Origin: Nitrospirota bacterium
Lineage (GTDB): Bacteria > Nitrospirota > UBA9217
Assembly (NCBI GenBank): GCA_963740085.1
Contig: CAVUCU010000005.1
Location: 384,001 to 448,000, forward strand
Reading direction: 5' to 3'
DNA length: 64,000 nucleotides
Positions 40,754 to 50,100 of the stretch are shown here, in pieces. A program made the position numbers and the translations under genes. Every line of letters starts with the position of its first letter. Position 1 is the first letter of the stretch. Below the pieces are notes generated by a model, which was given only the letters and a program-made list of their open reading frames with translations, searched no databases and was not told the DNA's origin.

Positions 40754-41542
40754 TTACATATCGAGATATGAATGGGCATACATCTTTTTGCCCATGATCA
40801 TCTCCGTGGTCTTGACCGTGTCCATCATGTCCTTGTCGAGCGGATCGATGATGGCAGCCGTCAACCCCTCGTAGATGAGCATGGTGAGAAAGTTCCGGTT
40901 GATGATCGGGCGAACATGCTTCGGGGCACCGTTCGAAATGTTCGAAAGCCCGACCACGGTCTGCATCGGGGGATCGTTCAACTGCTGGAACATCTTAACG
41001 GCACGGATGGCCTGTAGACCCTGGTCCTGCATCGTTGCGAGCTGGAGAATGAGCGGATCAAGGAAGAGATTCTCTAAAGGCACGTCATGCTCCATGGCCC
41101 GGGCCATGATCTCGGCCGCGATTCCGCAGCGGTCCTCGGCATCCGCCGGGATGCTGCCCTTGCCCAGGGTAAGCGCGATGATCTTCGCGTTGTACTTGCC
41201 GGCCAGCTCCATCATCGGAAAACGCTCCGGTTCATTGGACGTGGAGTTGATGATGGGCGCTCCCCACGCGTTGTTGTGCGCCTTGAGTCCTGCTTCCATG
41301 GCCTTTATGTTCGTCGTGTCGAGGCAAAGCGGCTTTTCCACGACTTCCTGCAGGACCTTCACCGCCCAATCCATGAGTTTGGGGCCGTTATCTTCGGCCG
41401 GACCGATGGAAATGTCGATGAAATGCGCGCCCGCCTTGTCCTGTGCCACGGCGAGGTCCTGGAGAGGCTTCGGATCGAACTTCGTGAGGGCCTCACGCAC
41501 CTTCTTGGCGATTACACTGATCTTTTCTCCGATTATTATCAT
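40754..41542 (-). CDS. acsE: methyl-THF:corrinoid Fe-S protein methyltransferase
   Basis: MIIIGEKI, LCLDT, IINST, FLDPL and GLSNISNG pterin-binding TIM-barrel motifs; acs context. Confidence 0.92.
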   Translation of the reverse strand: MIIIGEKISVIAKKVREALTKFDPKPLQDLAVAQDKAGAHFIDISIGPAEDNGPKLMDWAVKVLQEVVEKPLCLDTTNIKAMEAGLKAHNNAWGAPIINSTSNEPERFPMMELAGKYNAKIIALTLGKGSIPADAEDRCGIAAEIMARAMEHDVPLENLFLDPLILQLATMQDQGLQAIRAVKMFQQLNDPPMQTVVGLSNISNGAPKHVRPIINRNFLTMLIYEGLTAAIIDPLDKDMMDTVKTTEMIMGKKMYAHSYLDM

Positions 41543-41655
41543 CGTCAGAAATTTCTCCTTTCAAAATAAGCAAATAGCCATTAAGACACGAGCTGTTTAA
41601 AAACGATCCTAACCACTGGGGTATTTTATTCAGCAACGCAATCTCTTTTTTCTAT

Positions 41656-42546
41656 TTATGTACCGGCAACAAGTCTCAGGAGTTCCTCGGCGGTTTCCTG
41701 ATTGATGCTGCCCTGGTCTCTTGCCACCGAAACTGTTTGTCTGGCCAGTTCTCTATAGAGGCTCGCCAGCTCCGGCGTCCTCTTTTGCATGGCATGCAGG
41801 TGATCACGCACGGTCTGCGCGTCTCCCCGCATGATCGGCCCGGTGAGCGCATCCGGTATCCCGAGGGTCTCAATATTATGAAGCGTCCCCCGGATGAGCG
41901 GCAGCACGGCCTTGAGCGCCTCATTTTTTTCAGCTCCCAGTGCCTGATAGAACTTCAGTCCGTAGTCAACAAGCGCCACAAAGTAGTTCGAGACCGCTAC
42001 CGCGCCCGCGTGGTAGAGTGCCGCTGAATCTTTATCCGGGCTCCACTTCGGCATCACGAGCTCGATACCGCCCAATGCTGCTACGACCTCTCTGGCAAGG
42101 ACCTGCGCTTCAGGGTCCGTTTCGATCCGGAAGTATGAACCGGGTAAGGTTTTAATGCCCTGCTCCCTGCTTGCGAGCGACTGGAGCGGATGGAGCACTG
42201 CCCGATGCGCCCCGGCAAGGCGTGCCGCATCCAGGAGATCAAGCGAATGGGCTCCGGACATATGTACGGCGAGCGAACCGGGCTTTAGACCGCCTCCTGA
42301 TGAGATCTTGTCGCAGGCATTCTTTATCGCCCCATCCGGTGTTGTGATGAAAACGATATCGGCCTTTGACGCTGCCTTCACCACATCCGTTGCCGGCTCT
42401 CCCGCCCCGATAAAGGTTGAGGCCTTTTCCGCCGATACCAGGGAACGCGCTGCGACCGCGGTCACCGTATACCCCGCCCGTTTGAGCAGAAAGCCCACAG
42501 CACTGCCGACACGACCGGCGCCTATGATGGCGATGGATCTTTTCAT
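41656..42546 (-). CDS. Rossmann-like DUF2520 protein, probable PanG-type ketopantoate reductase
   Basis: IIGAGRVG, VHMSGA, HPLQS, YHAGAVAVSNY and LTGPIMRGD motifs; panB nearby. Confidence 0.8.
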   Translation of the reverse strand: MKRSIAIIGAGRVGSAVGFLLKRAGYTVTAVAARSLVSAEKASTFIGAGEPATDVVKAASKADIVFITTPDGAIKNACDKISSGGGLKPGSLAVHMSGAHSLDLLDAARLAGAHRAVLHPLQSLASREQGIKTLPGSYFRIETDPEAQVLAREVVAALGGIELVMPKWSPDKDSAALYHAGAVAVSNYFVALVDYGLKFYQALGAEKNEALKAVLPLIRGTLHNIETLGIPDALTGPIMRGDAQTVRDHLHAMQKRTPELASLYRELARQTVSVARDQGSINQETAEELLRLVAGT

Positions 42547-42551
42547 CCGAA

Positions 42552-42626
42552 CCCCCTCGCCCCGGCCCTCTTCCACTCAGGGCGGAGGTTTCCCCCCTCC
42601 CAGCGGGAAGGGATTCAGTGAGTGGG
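42552..42626. repeat. CCCTCACC-CTCTCCC-GGGAGAGG family, degenerate copy
   Basis: CCCCCTCGCCCCGGCCCTCTTCC and CCCCCTCCCAGCGGGAAGGGATTCAGTGAGTGGG. Confidence 0.65.
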
Positions 42627-42628
42627 CC

Positions 42629-43396
42629 TTACGGTATCAGCTTGTCCAGCACGGCAAAAAAGCTGGTAAGCGCCTTTGAATCAGACGGAAGCTGGATCAG
42701 CGGTTTGCCGTTCAGATCATATTGAAAGATCAGATCATCGGCCGGGACAAATCCCGCAAACTCCACACCCTGTTCGTCAATGACCTGCTGAAGCGTGTTG
42801 TCCTGATCACGCTCCTGGGTGCGGTTCACGATCAGGACCGAGCGTTTGACATTCAGGTTCAGCTCTTTTACCAGCTCGCCGATCCTGCCCGCGGTCATGA
42901 TGCCGCGCACAGAGGAGTCGCTGATGATGAGCAGCAGGTCCGTGTCCTGCGTCGTGCGGCGGGACAGATGCTCGAGACCGGCCTCATTGTCCATGACGGT
43001 AAAGGGATACGAATCGGCCAGCTTGTCCATGTACTTGCGGATGATGTTGTTCGCAGCGCAGTAGCAGCCGGAACCCTCGGGCCTTCCCATTACGAGCAGG
43101 TCGAAGCCCTTCGCCTCGATCAAGGCCTGCTGGATCTGGTAATCGAAGAGCTGCTCCATGCTCATTCCGCCCGGACGGGGCGCCGTGGACTTGATCGCTT
43201 CGAGAGAGGTCTCGCGAAGTTTGCCGACCGTGGCGTGGACCTTCACGCCGAGCACATCGTTCAGGTTCGCGTTTGCATCAGCGTCGACAGCCAGGATCGC
43301 GCCGCGCTTTTTTTCTTTCAAATATCGTATCGTCAAACCGCAGAGGCTTGTCTTGCCAGTGCCGCCCTTGCCTGCAACTGCTATGGTAAAACCCAT
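42629..43396 (-). CDS. cooC: CooC/AcsF-type nickel-insertion ATPase (ACS-associated type)
   Basis: GKGGTGKT, DADANANL, GRPEGSGCYC and DNEAGLEHLSR motifs. Confidence 0.92.
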   Translation of the reverse strand: MGFTIAVAGKGGTGKTSLCGLTIRYLKEKKRGAILAVDADANANLNDVLGVKVHATVGKLRETSLEAIKSTAPRPGGMSMEQLFDYQIQQALIEAKGFDLLVMGRPEGSGCYCAANNIIRKYMDKLADSYPFTVMDNEAGLEHLSRRTTQDTDLLLIISDSSVRGIMTAGRIGELVKELNLNVKRSVLIVNRTQERDQDNTLQQVIDEQGVEFAGFVPADDLIFQYDLNGKPLIQLPSDSKALTSFFAVLDKLIP

Positions 43397-43404
43397 AAAA
43401 CACC

Positions 43405-43481
43405 TTCACCACAGAGGTCACAGAAAAAACTTGATAGAAAAATAGGTGCCGGCGACGTTACTCTGTGTTCTCTCTGGTTAA
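43405..43481. repeat. palindromic intergenic repeat, CCACAGAG/CTCTGTGG family
   Basis: TTCACCACAGAGGTCACAGA left arm and CTCTGTGTTCTCTCTGGTTAA right arm. Confidence 0.8.
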
Positions 43482-44212
43482 TTATTCTTTTTCACTCCAA
43501 ACTTCTTCCTGACCTCTTCGATCTTGCCGCAGGACATCTTACCCTCGGGGCACGGCGCGTACAGACAGCCGGGACCGGATTTCCCGAAGATCGTCGGCGC
43601 CGCTTTTTTTACGTGGGCCAGCATGCGGTCCGCCATTTCCCGGATCTCCCACTGCGCCCGGTTGCAGCACCTGACGCGGAAGAAGTGCAGCAGCTCCCGC
43701 GCGTTCATCGTGACCACGATCTTCGTCTCAGCCGCGTTCGGCAGCAGATACCGCGCATCCTGCTGTCCGGCCTCACCCTTGTACCCGAGTTCCTCAAGCC
43801 GCGTGAGGACTTTCGTATAGTTCTCCTGGGCCTCGGCCATGCATTTTTTAAACTCTTGAACGAGCGCCGGATCCTGTTTGATGCTTGGCGGGATGAGGTA
43901 ATCGAACTGCTCTGCCTTCACATAGCGCTGGCTCTGCTGTGAGTATGAGGCCACGCGGTGGCGAACAAGCTGGTGAGAGCACGCCCGGGAGATGCCTTCG
44001 ATCCCGAAGGTAAACGAAACGTGCTCAATGGGAGAGAGGTGCCCGATTGACGCCAGCTTCTCCACAAAGGCCGCCTGGTCCCTGGCCTCGATCTTGTCTT
44101 TGAGCTCTTCAACACCTGACGGGCTATAGCACAACTTCGCTGCCATGGCCACGACTTCTTCGGGTCCCGGTGTATGCCGAAGGAGAACAACGTTCAATGA
44201 TGCTTCTGGCAT
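43478..44212 (-). CDS. thyX: FAD-dependent thymidylate synthase
   Basis: GHLSPIEH, HQLVRHRVASYSQQSQRY, ARYLLPNA and AQWEIR motifs. Confidence 0.96.
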   Translation of the reverse strand: MPEASLNVVLLRHTPGPEEVVAMAAKLCYSPSGVEELKDKIEARDQAAFVEKLASIGHLSPIEHVSFTFGIEGISRACSHQLVRHRVASYSQQSQRYVKAEQFDYLIPPSIKQDPALVQEFKKCMAEAQENYTKVLTRLEELGYKGEAGQQDARYLLPNAAETKIVVTMNARELLHFFRVRCCNRAQWEIREMADRMLAHVKKAAPTIFGKSGPGCLYAPCPEGKMSCGKIEEVRKKFGVKKNN

Positions 44213-44292
44213 GCTGTCCCCTCCTTTCAGGAGCACCCTCGGGCACCCCATGCAATGAAAAAAAAGGGGGGACCGGATGCCAAGGGATGGTT

Positions 44293-44322
44293 ATTATAAC
44301 GAACAGCTATCTCACGAGTCAA
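44293..44322 (-). promoter_or_regulatory. sigma70-type promoter upstream of thyX
   Basis: TTGACT-N18-TATAAT on the minus strand. Confidence 0.6.
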
Positions 44323-44377
44323 GAAAAATGGAGTGGTTACGAGAAATATTTTTTATTAACTTATAATATTCATTGAT

Positions 44378-44405
44378 AAAAAAACTGCCTCAATCAACAA
44401 GGCAG
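44378..44405 (-). terminator. intrinsic terminator after panB
   Basis: CTGCCT-loop-AGGCAG followed by a 7-T run on the minus strand. Confidence 0.65.
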
Positions 44406-44451
44406 CCGGACCTCTCCGCACAAAAGGTCTATTGGCAATTTCTTTGTTCTA

Positions 44452-45252
44452 TTATTTAAAACTATGTTCTTCTGAAGGGAATTTTCCGCTTTCAACATCC
44501 TGTTTATACTCTGTAACCGCTTTCAGCGCCAGGTCCTTCAGATTAGCGTACTTTTTGACGAACTTGGGCGTGAACCGGTCGAAGAGTCCTAAAAGATCAT
44601 GGAGAACAAGCACTTGACCATCGCAATCCACACCCGCGCCTATCCCAATGGTAGAAATATGGAGCATCTCATGGATTTCCTTTGCCAGGGAGGCAGGCAA
44701 GGCCTCAAGTACGATGGCGAAGGCGCCGGCGTCCTGCACTGCCCAGGCATCAGCAAGCACCTTTAACCGGGCAGCCTCATCCTTGCCTTGGACCTTAAAA
44801 CCGCCGAGGGCGTGCATGTATTGCGGGGTCAGGCCGATATGCGCCACGACCGGGATGCCCGCGGATACGATCGCCCTGATCACATCGGCCATCTGTGACC
44901 CGCCTTCCAGCTTCACGGCCTCCGCACCCGCCTCCTTCAAGAACCTGCCGGCATTCCTGACCGCCTCTTCACGGCTTGTTTGATAGGAAAGGAACGGCAT
45001 ATCACCGACGACCATTGCGGAAACGGTCCCCCGGCTGACCATCTTCGTATGATAGATCATCTCGTCCATGGTGACCGGCAGCGTGCTCGACACGCCCTGC
45101 ACCACCATGCCGAGAGAGTCCCCAACGAGGATCATGTCAATCCCCGCCTGGTCCACGATCTGGGCCGTGGGATAGTCATAGGCCGTAAGCATGGTGATCT
45201 TCTTTCCTTCGGCCTTTTTCTTATAGATGTCGAGAACGGTTGTTTTTGGCAT
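44452..45252 (-). CDS. panB: 3-methyl-2-oxobutanoate hydroxymethyltransferase
   Basis: MLTAYD, LVGDSLG, VKLEGG, HIGLTPQ and [14 protein letters not shown] motifs. Confidence 0.97.
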   Translation of the reverse strand: MPKTTVLDIYKKKAEGKKITMLTAYDYPTAQIVDQAGIDMILVGDSLGMVVQGVSSTLPVTMDEMIYHTKMVSRGTVSAMVVGDMPFLSYQTSREEAVRNAGRFLKEAGAEAVKLEGGSQMADVIRAIVSAGIPVVAHIGLTPQYMHALGGFKVQGKDEAARLKVLADAWAVQDAGAFAIVLEALPASLAKEIHEMLHISTIGIGAGVDCDGQVLVLHDLLGLFDRFTPKFVKKYANLKDLALKAVTEYKQDVESGKFPSEEHSFK

Positions 45253-45262
45253 AGTTTTAGCT

Positions 45263-45345
45263 CCCCCTCACCTTCATCCTCTCCCCTTGGGAGAGGAAAA
45301 TTAAATAATCACCCTCTACCCTCCGGGAGAGGCCGGGGTGAGGGG
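45263..45345. repeat. CCCTCACC-CTCTCCC-GGGAGAGG palindromic repeat
   Basis: CCCCCTCACCTTCATCCTCTCCCCTTGGGAGAGG and CCCTCCGGGAGAGGCCGGGGTGAGGGG; related copies at 14769-14804 and 42552-42626. Confidence 0.78.
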
Positions 45346-45380
45346 CAATTCCGCACTCCGCACTCGCCAATCCGCACTTG

Positions 45381-46352
45381 CTACACTGCCGGCCTGGGAT
45401 ACAGCCCGGCTGCCTTCACGATCCCTTCGATAGCGCTTTCCCATTCGATAGCCTGGATATGTACGCCCCTGACACCCGGTGTTTCGAGGGCCTGGTGAAT
45501 AAGTTCGATCGTGATCTTGATGCCCTCCTGCTCCTGAAGTTCCCGGGCCTTCTTTTTATCCTCGCCGGCGGCTTCCTTGGCCTTGTTCATCCGGTCGATC
45601 AGGGCCTTCGGCACGGACACCCCGGCAACCGAGGCATCCATGTACTTCAGCATCATGGCGCTCTTCGGCACGATGATCCCGGCAAGGATCGCCGTGCGCT
45701 CGTGGAGACCCATGTTCCGGATCTTTGCCATCTGCCCGCGGAAAAGCTCCATATCATAAATGCCCTGGGTCTGGATGAAATCCGCGCCGGCATTCACTTT
45801 TTTCATGAGATTGATCGGCCTGAAGTCGATGGGGTCGGCCATCGGCGTCCAGGAAGCCCCGATAAAGAACTTCGGCGCCACTTCTATGGGATCGCCGCCA
45901 TCCTGCTTGCTCTCGTCGCGCATCTTCTTCATAATGCCGACAAGCTGGCACGTATCCACGTCGTAGACGTTCTTTGCGCCCGGGTGGCCCTTGAGCCTGC
46001 CTGCGGCGCTGAACTTCTGGTGATCGCCGGCGATGCAAAGACAGTTCTTAAGCCCGAGCGCAGCGCCCCCGAGAAGGTCGGCCTGAATGGCAATGCGGTT
46101 CCGGTCCCTGCAGGTCATCTGCATGACCGGCTCCAGACCTTGCTGGAAAGCGATGGCCGCTGCAGCGATGCTCGAGATGCGGACGACCGCGGTCTGGCAA
46201 TCCGTGATGTTCGCTGCGTCGCAGAAGCCCTTCAGCTGCTGCGCTTTTTTGATGACTTCATGGGGATCGGCGCTCATCGGAGGGCCAAGTTCCGCCGTCA
46301 CCGCAGGGTTGCCGCTGGCAAGTACTTTTTCAAGTGTGCTTCCGCTTTTCAT
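45381..46352 (-). CDS. metF: methylenetetrahydrofolate reductase, flavin subunit
   Basis: VTAELGPP, NITD, QMTCRDRNRIAIQ, GDH and AGADFIQTQ motifs. Confidence 0.95.
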   Translation of the reverse strand: MKSGSTLEKVLASGNPAVTAELGPPMSADPHEVIKKAQQLKGFCDAANITDCQTAVVRISSIAAAAIAFQQGLEPVMQMTCRDRNRIAIQADLLGGAALGLKNCLCIAGDHQKFSAAGRLKGHPGAKNVYDVDTCQLVGIMKKMRDESKQDGGDPIEVAPKFFIGASWTPMADPIDFRPINLMKKVNAGADFIQTQGIYDMELFRGQMAKIRNMGLHERTAILAGIIVPKSAMMLKYMDASVAGVSVPKALIDRMNKAKEAAGEDKKKARELQEQEGIKITIELIHQALETPGVRGVHIQAIEWESAIEGIVKAAGLYPRPAV

Positions 46353-46389
46353 TCTCCATGCCTCCTAAAGACAAAGGTCAAAATTTTTT

Positions 46390-46469
46390 TACCACAGAAT
46401 CGCGGAGGTCGCGGAGAACTGCTTAAAGCCTTGGAGCTTCTCTCCGTGTCTCTGTGTCTCCGTGGCGAA
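46390..46469. repeat. palindromic intergenic repeat, CCACAGAG/CTCTGTGG family variant
   Basis: ACCACAGAATCGCGGAGGTCGCGGAGA left arm and TCTCCGTGTCTCTGTGTCTCCGTGG right arm. Confidence 0.7.
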
Positions 46470-46471
46470 TA

Positions 46472-47173
46472 TTACTTCCCTGCCTTCGCCTCTTCCTTTT
46501 CCTCGTACGCCCGTATGTGCTCCATTGATATCCTGCGCGGTCCGCCGTCTCGCGACGTGGACCAGTTGCGCGGAGGTATGACCGCAGAAAGTTTCTCAAG
46601 GGTGCCAAGCATCTTCATCCGTTCAACGATCAGGTACCAGGCGCAGTCCACGTCCTTGCTGATCTCGCACTTGCCTTTGTTCGTGCCGCCGCAGGGTCCG
46701 TTCATAAGCGTCTTGGCGCAGCGTGCGACAGGACAGATGCCGCCGGTCATGTGTACAATGCAGTCTCCGCATCCCGCACAAAGTTCCTTGAAAACGCCCG
46801 GCGCTTCGACAGCACCGTAGAAGGAGGTGTTGATGCCGGGATATACGGGGATCGTTCCGGTCCGGTCGGACAGGAAGTTCACGCCCACACCGCAGGCAGT
46901 GGAGAGCACGAGGTCGTACTTCTTCACCTCGTCCATCACCGGGTCAAAATACTCCGGCTCGCAGTGGCGCATCACGCCGAGGTGATTCACCGTCATCTGC
47001 TTTCCCTCCTGTGATGCCTTCATCCTGATGAGGGAAGCGATGGTCTCGGCCTCCTTCTCGCCGCCCGCATGGCAGATGGCCACGCAGGTGTTGCAGCCGA
47101 ACACCAGGACCTTTTTGAAGTCCTTCACCATGTCCCATATTTCTTCGATTGGTTTTTGCGATCCAACGATCAT
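46472..47173 (-). CDS. metV: methylenetetrahydrofolate reductase Fe-S/Zn subunit
   Basis: GCNTCVAIC, CAGCGDC, CPVARCAKTLMNGPCGG, CE and CAW cysteine motifs; directly upstream of metF. Confidence 0.92.
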   Translation of the reverse strand: MIVGSQKPIEEIWDMVKDFKKVLVFGCNTCVAICHAGGEKEAETIASLIRMKASQEGKQMTVNHLGVMRHCEPEYFDPVMDEVKKYDLVLSTACGVGVNFLSDRTGTIPVYPGINTSFYGAVEAPGVFKELCAGCGDCIVHMTGGICPVARCAKTLMNGPCGGTNKGKCEISKDVDCAWYLIVERMKMLGTLEKLSAVIPPRNWSTSRDGGPRRISMEHIRAYEEKEEAKAGK

Positions 47174-47213
47174 AGGTAATACTCCTTTATGAAAAGCTCA
47201 TTTGCATAAGCCG

Positions 47214-49310
47214 TTATTTACCGGCCCTCATGCCTATCTTCTTCACCCTCTCCGAAAACTCCGCGCACACCGCCCGGTAAGGATTACCTCCGTTGGTCAA
47301 GACCGCGGAGAGGATCTCCACCCGGCCGGGCTCGATCTTGAGCATGCCGAGCAGGTCCTGAACGCGCTTCACCCGAGCGTTCACGCGCGGAGCGATGTCC
47401 TTATACTTGCAGGTCCCGTCGTTGCAGCGCACTACCGCAACGCCGTCGGCACCGGACTCAAATGCCTTCAGCATGTCCAGGATATCGATCCTGCTCGTGC
47501 AGTGCACCGGTATGGTGCGCACGTTCTTTGGAAGATCGAGGCCGAGAATGCCTGCATGGTGCGTACACATAAGGGCGACAACAACCGGTTCCTGTCGTCC
47601 GGGGTCGACCGTGCCGATGAGAGCGGGCATCGTGTTTCTGATCTCCCGGACATCGTAGCTCACCATGCTGATGGCCTGGGCAGGACATTCCGGCGCGCAG
47701 AGGCCGCAGGCCTGGCAGTACTCGGGCCTGATCTCGGACACCGACGTCACGACCGGCGCGTCGTAGGGACAGATGCGCAGACAGGTGAGGCAAGCCATAC
47801 ATTTCTTCTGGTCCACCACCGCGCCGCCGCCGCAACTACGGCACCTGCCAGCTTCCTCGAGCGCCTCTTTCTCGGTAAAACCCTCTTCGAAATGCTCCAT
47901 GGTCTTGACGCGGACCTCGGGGGCAAGATGCCTGATCTTCATGCGCGGCTGTTTGGCGATCTTATCAACGACCTCCGACGGCATCTGCGCGATCTTTTCC
48001 TTTTCCTGCACGGGCAGCCTGCCCTCGATGGTCTCCCCTTGAATGAAGAGATGCATTGCCAGGGCGGCCCGGCGTCCATTCGCGACAGCGGCGATCGCCG
48101 AGCCGGGGCCGGTCACGACCTCGCCTGCGACGAAGATGTTTCTGCCCGTGCTCATCTGGGTCGCCTGGTTCCAGGTGACACGGCCTTTGTCCATCTTCAC
48201 CGAACTGTCATTGAACAGATCGTTCTTAGACATCTGACCGATCGTTATGATGATCGTCTCAGCCTTCAGCACGGTAGTCACGCTGTTGTCGAATGTCGGT
48301 GCAAAGCGCTTGTTCGAGTCGAAAACGGACAGGACCTTCGTGACTTCGAGGCCCACGACCTTGCCGTTCTCGCGGACAACTGCCTTTGGTCCCCAGCGGT
48401 AATTGATCTTGATCGCCTCTTCAACAGCCTCGTCAACTTCCCATTTCCAGGCAGGGATCTCCTCTTCATTCTCAAGACAGACCATCTCGACGTTCTGAAC
48501 GCCAAGCCTGCGGGCCGAGCGGGCAACGTCCATGGCTACATTGCCGCCGCCGATCACCAGCACTTTTTTGCCGAGCGCCGGCTTGCGGCCGAATGCGACA
48601 TCTTCCAAATAAGGAATAGCAAGCAGCACGCCGGGTCCTTCCACGCCGGGAATATTCAGCGAGCGGCTGAGGGAAAGGCCGATGGCCACGAGCACGGCAT
48701 CGTGCTTCTTGGCGAGATCATCGAGCCTCGCGTCTTTGCCGACTTCGAAGTTCGTCTTGACCTCAACGCCTTTGGAAATAACGTCATCGATATCTTCTTT
48801 CAGCACTTCTCTGGGCAAACGGTAGGGAGGGATCGCGGCCGCGAGCATGCCTCCGAGGACCGGATGCTTCTCATAAAGCGTGACGTTGTAGCCGAGGTCC
48901 GCGAGGTCCCGTGCCGCGGTCAGGCCCGAAGGGCCGGAGCCGATAATGCCGATGCTCTTGCCCCTGGTCTTCTGGACAAGTTTTCGCCTGGCGCGCCGAT
49001 AGTCCTTGGACTTCTCAATGGCAAACCGCTTCAAATGCCGGACCGCCAGCGGCTCGTCCACCCCGCAGCGCCTGCACGACTGCTCGCAGGGATGATGACA
49101 GATCATGGAGCAGACCGACGCGATCGGGTTCACCGACGTGATGACCTCGAAGGCCTCGGTATATTTGCCCTGGGCGATCAGACCCACATAGGCCTGAACG
49201 TCAGTATGCGCCGGGCATGCGGCACGGCACGGAGAATAGGGCCTTGTTTCCTTGATCGCAGCGCCGTAGGGCTGGTACGCTGTCGGTGCGCAGTTCGTTT
49301 CCGTTGCCAT
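47214..49310 (-). CDS. GltD/NfnB-like FAD oxidoreductase fused to a 2x[4Fe-4S] ferredoxin and an MvhD-like domain
   Basis: PCRAACP and CSMICHHPCEQSC, GSGPSG, GGGNVAMD, EAGRCRSC, CMACLTCLRICP, CQACGLCAPECP; then C, CTSRID, GADGV, CNDGTCKY of MvhD. Confidence 0.88.
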   Translation of the reverse strand: MATETNCAPTAYQPYGAAIKETRPYSPCRAACPAHTDVQAYVGLIAQGKYTEAFEVITSVNPIASVCSMICHHPCEQSCRRCGVDEPLAVRHLKRFAIEKSKDYRRARRKLVQKTRGKSIGIIGSGPSGLTAARDLADLGYNVTLYEKHPVLGGMLAAAIPPYRLPREVLKEDIDDVISKGVEVKTNFEVGKDARLDDLAKKHDAVLVAIGLSLSRSLNIPGVEGPGVLLAIPYLEDVAFGRKPALGKKVLVIGGGNVAMDVARSARRLGVQNVEMVCLENEEEIPAWKWEVDEAVEEAIKINYRWGPKAVVRENGKVVGLEVTKVLSVFDSNKRFAPTFDNSVTTVLKAETIIITIGQMSKNDLFNDSSVKMDKGRVTWNQATQMSTGRNIFVAGEVVTGPGSAIAAVANGRRAALAMHLFIQGETIEGRLPVQEKEKIAQMPSEVVDKIAKQPRMKIRHLAPEVRVKTMEHFEEGFTEKEALEEAGRCRSCGGGAVVDQKKCMACLTCLRICPYDAPVVTSVSEIRPEYCQACGLCAPECPAQAISMVSYDVREIRNTMPALIGTVDPGRQEPVVVALMCTHHAGILGLDLPKNVRTIPVHCTSRIDILDMLKAFESGADGVAVVRCNDGTCKYKDIAPRVNARVKRVQDLLGMLKIEPGRVEILSAVLTNGGNPYRAVCAEFSERVKKIGMRAGK

Positions 49311-49340
49311 TGGTCACTCCTAATAAAACGGATATGAGTC

Positions 49341-49413
49341 GATGCGTGAAAGCGTCGCTGCGAAACACCTCCCTGCGTGCACGCATACACGCATTTTCGC
49401 ATTCACGCGCTCA
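49341..49413. repeat. octamer-based palindromic repeat (ATGCGTGA/CACGCAT)
   Basis: GATGCGTGAAAGCGTC left arm and CACGCATACACGCATTTTCGCATTCACGC right arm, adjoining the folE stop. Confidence 0.65.
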
Positions 49414-49974
49414 CTCTTTCTTCGTCAACAGCTCGAGCATCTCCATGCGGGTGGATTCCTTGGTCCGGAAGGTGCCCCGCACCGCGGACGTGACCACCCT
49501 GGAGCCGGGCTTCTTCACTCCGCGCATGCTCATGCAGAGGTGCTCGGCATCGATAACCACCATCGCGCCCTTGGGCTTCAGGTGGCTCACGATCAGATCG
49601 ATGAACTGGGCCGTGAGCCGCTCCTGCACCTGGGGCCGTTTGGCAAAGACCTCCAGCGCCTTGGCAAGCGCGCTTATTCCCACGATCTTTCCAGCGCCCG
49701 GGATGTATGCGATGTGGGCCCTGCCGAAGAACGGCAGGAGATGATGCTCACAGACGGAATAAAAGGGGATATCGCGGATCATCACCATCTCATCATGGTT
49801 CTCGCCGGCCATGGGAGTAAGGAGTTTCTCGGTGTCCATGGAGATGCCCGTGAAGATCTCCCCATACATCTCAGCTACCCGCTTGGGTGTATCCTTGAGT
49901 CCCGGCCGGTCGGGGTTCTCGCCGATACCCTCGATGATGAGGCGAACGCCTTTTTCTATTTTTTTAGTATCCAT
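49411..49974 (-). CDS. folE: GTP cyclohydrolase I
   Basis: [25 protein letters not shown] and HLCMSMRG motifs. Confidence 0.96.
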   Translation of the reverse strand: MDTKKIEKGVRLIIEGIGENPDRPGLKDTPKRVAEMYGEIFTGISMDTEKLLTPMAGENHDEMVMIRDIPFYSVCEHHLLPFFGRAHIAYIPGAGKIVGISALAKALEVFAKRPQVQERLTAQFIDLIVSHLKPKGAMVVIDAEHLCMSMRGVKKPGSRVVTSAVRGTFRTKESTRMEMLELLTKKE

Positions 49975-49985
49975 GCGTTTTAGAC

Positions 49986-50100
49986 AAATCCTAAATTCGA
50001 ATATCGAAATCCGAAATAAATCCAAGGCAGCGATATCTCAGGCTTTGAATTTTGGTCATTTGATATTGTTTAGAATTTCGTGCTTCGAATTCAGGATTTC
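49986..50100. repeat. heptamer-based palindromic repeat, AAATCCGAAA family
   Basis: AAATCCTAAATTCGAATATCGAAATCCGAAA left arm and TTTAGAATTTCGTGCTTCGAATTCAGGATTT right arm. Confidence 0.8.

Noticed and set aside
47214-49310. Calling the fusion a true HdrA, glutamate synthase small subunit or selenoprotein
   Set aside because: The N-terminus is GltD/NfnB-like, there is no hdrBC or gltB nearby, and the ORF has no internal TGA.
24905-49337. Long plus-strand ORFs (24905..27028, 32074..33411, 33472..34704, 35961..38129, 42722..43942, 45378..46820, 47202..49337)
   Set aside because: They are antisense shadows of clearly identified minus-strand genes, expected with GC-rich codon usage, and show no recognisable motifs.
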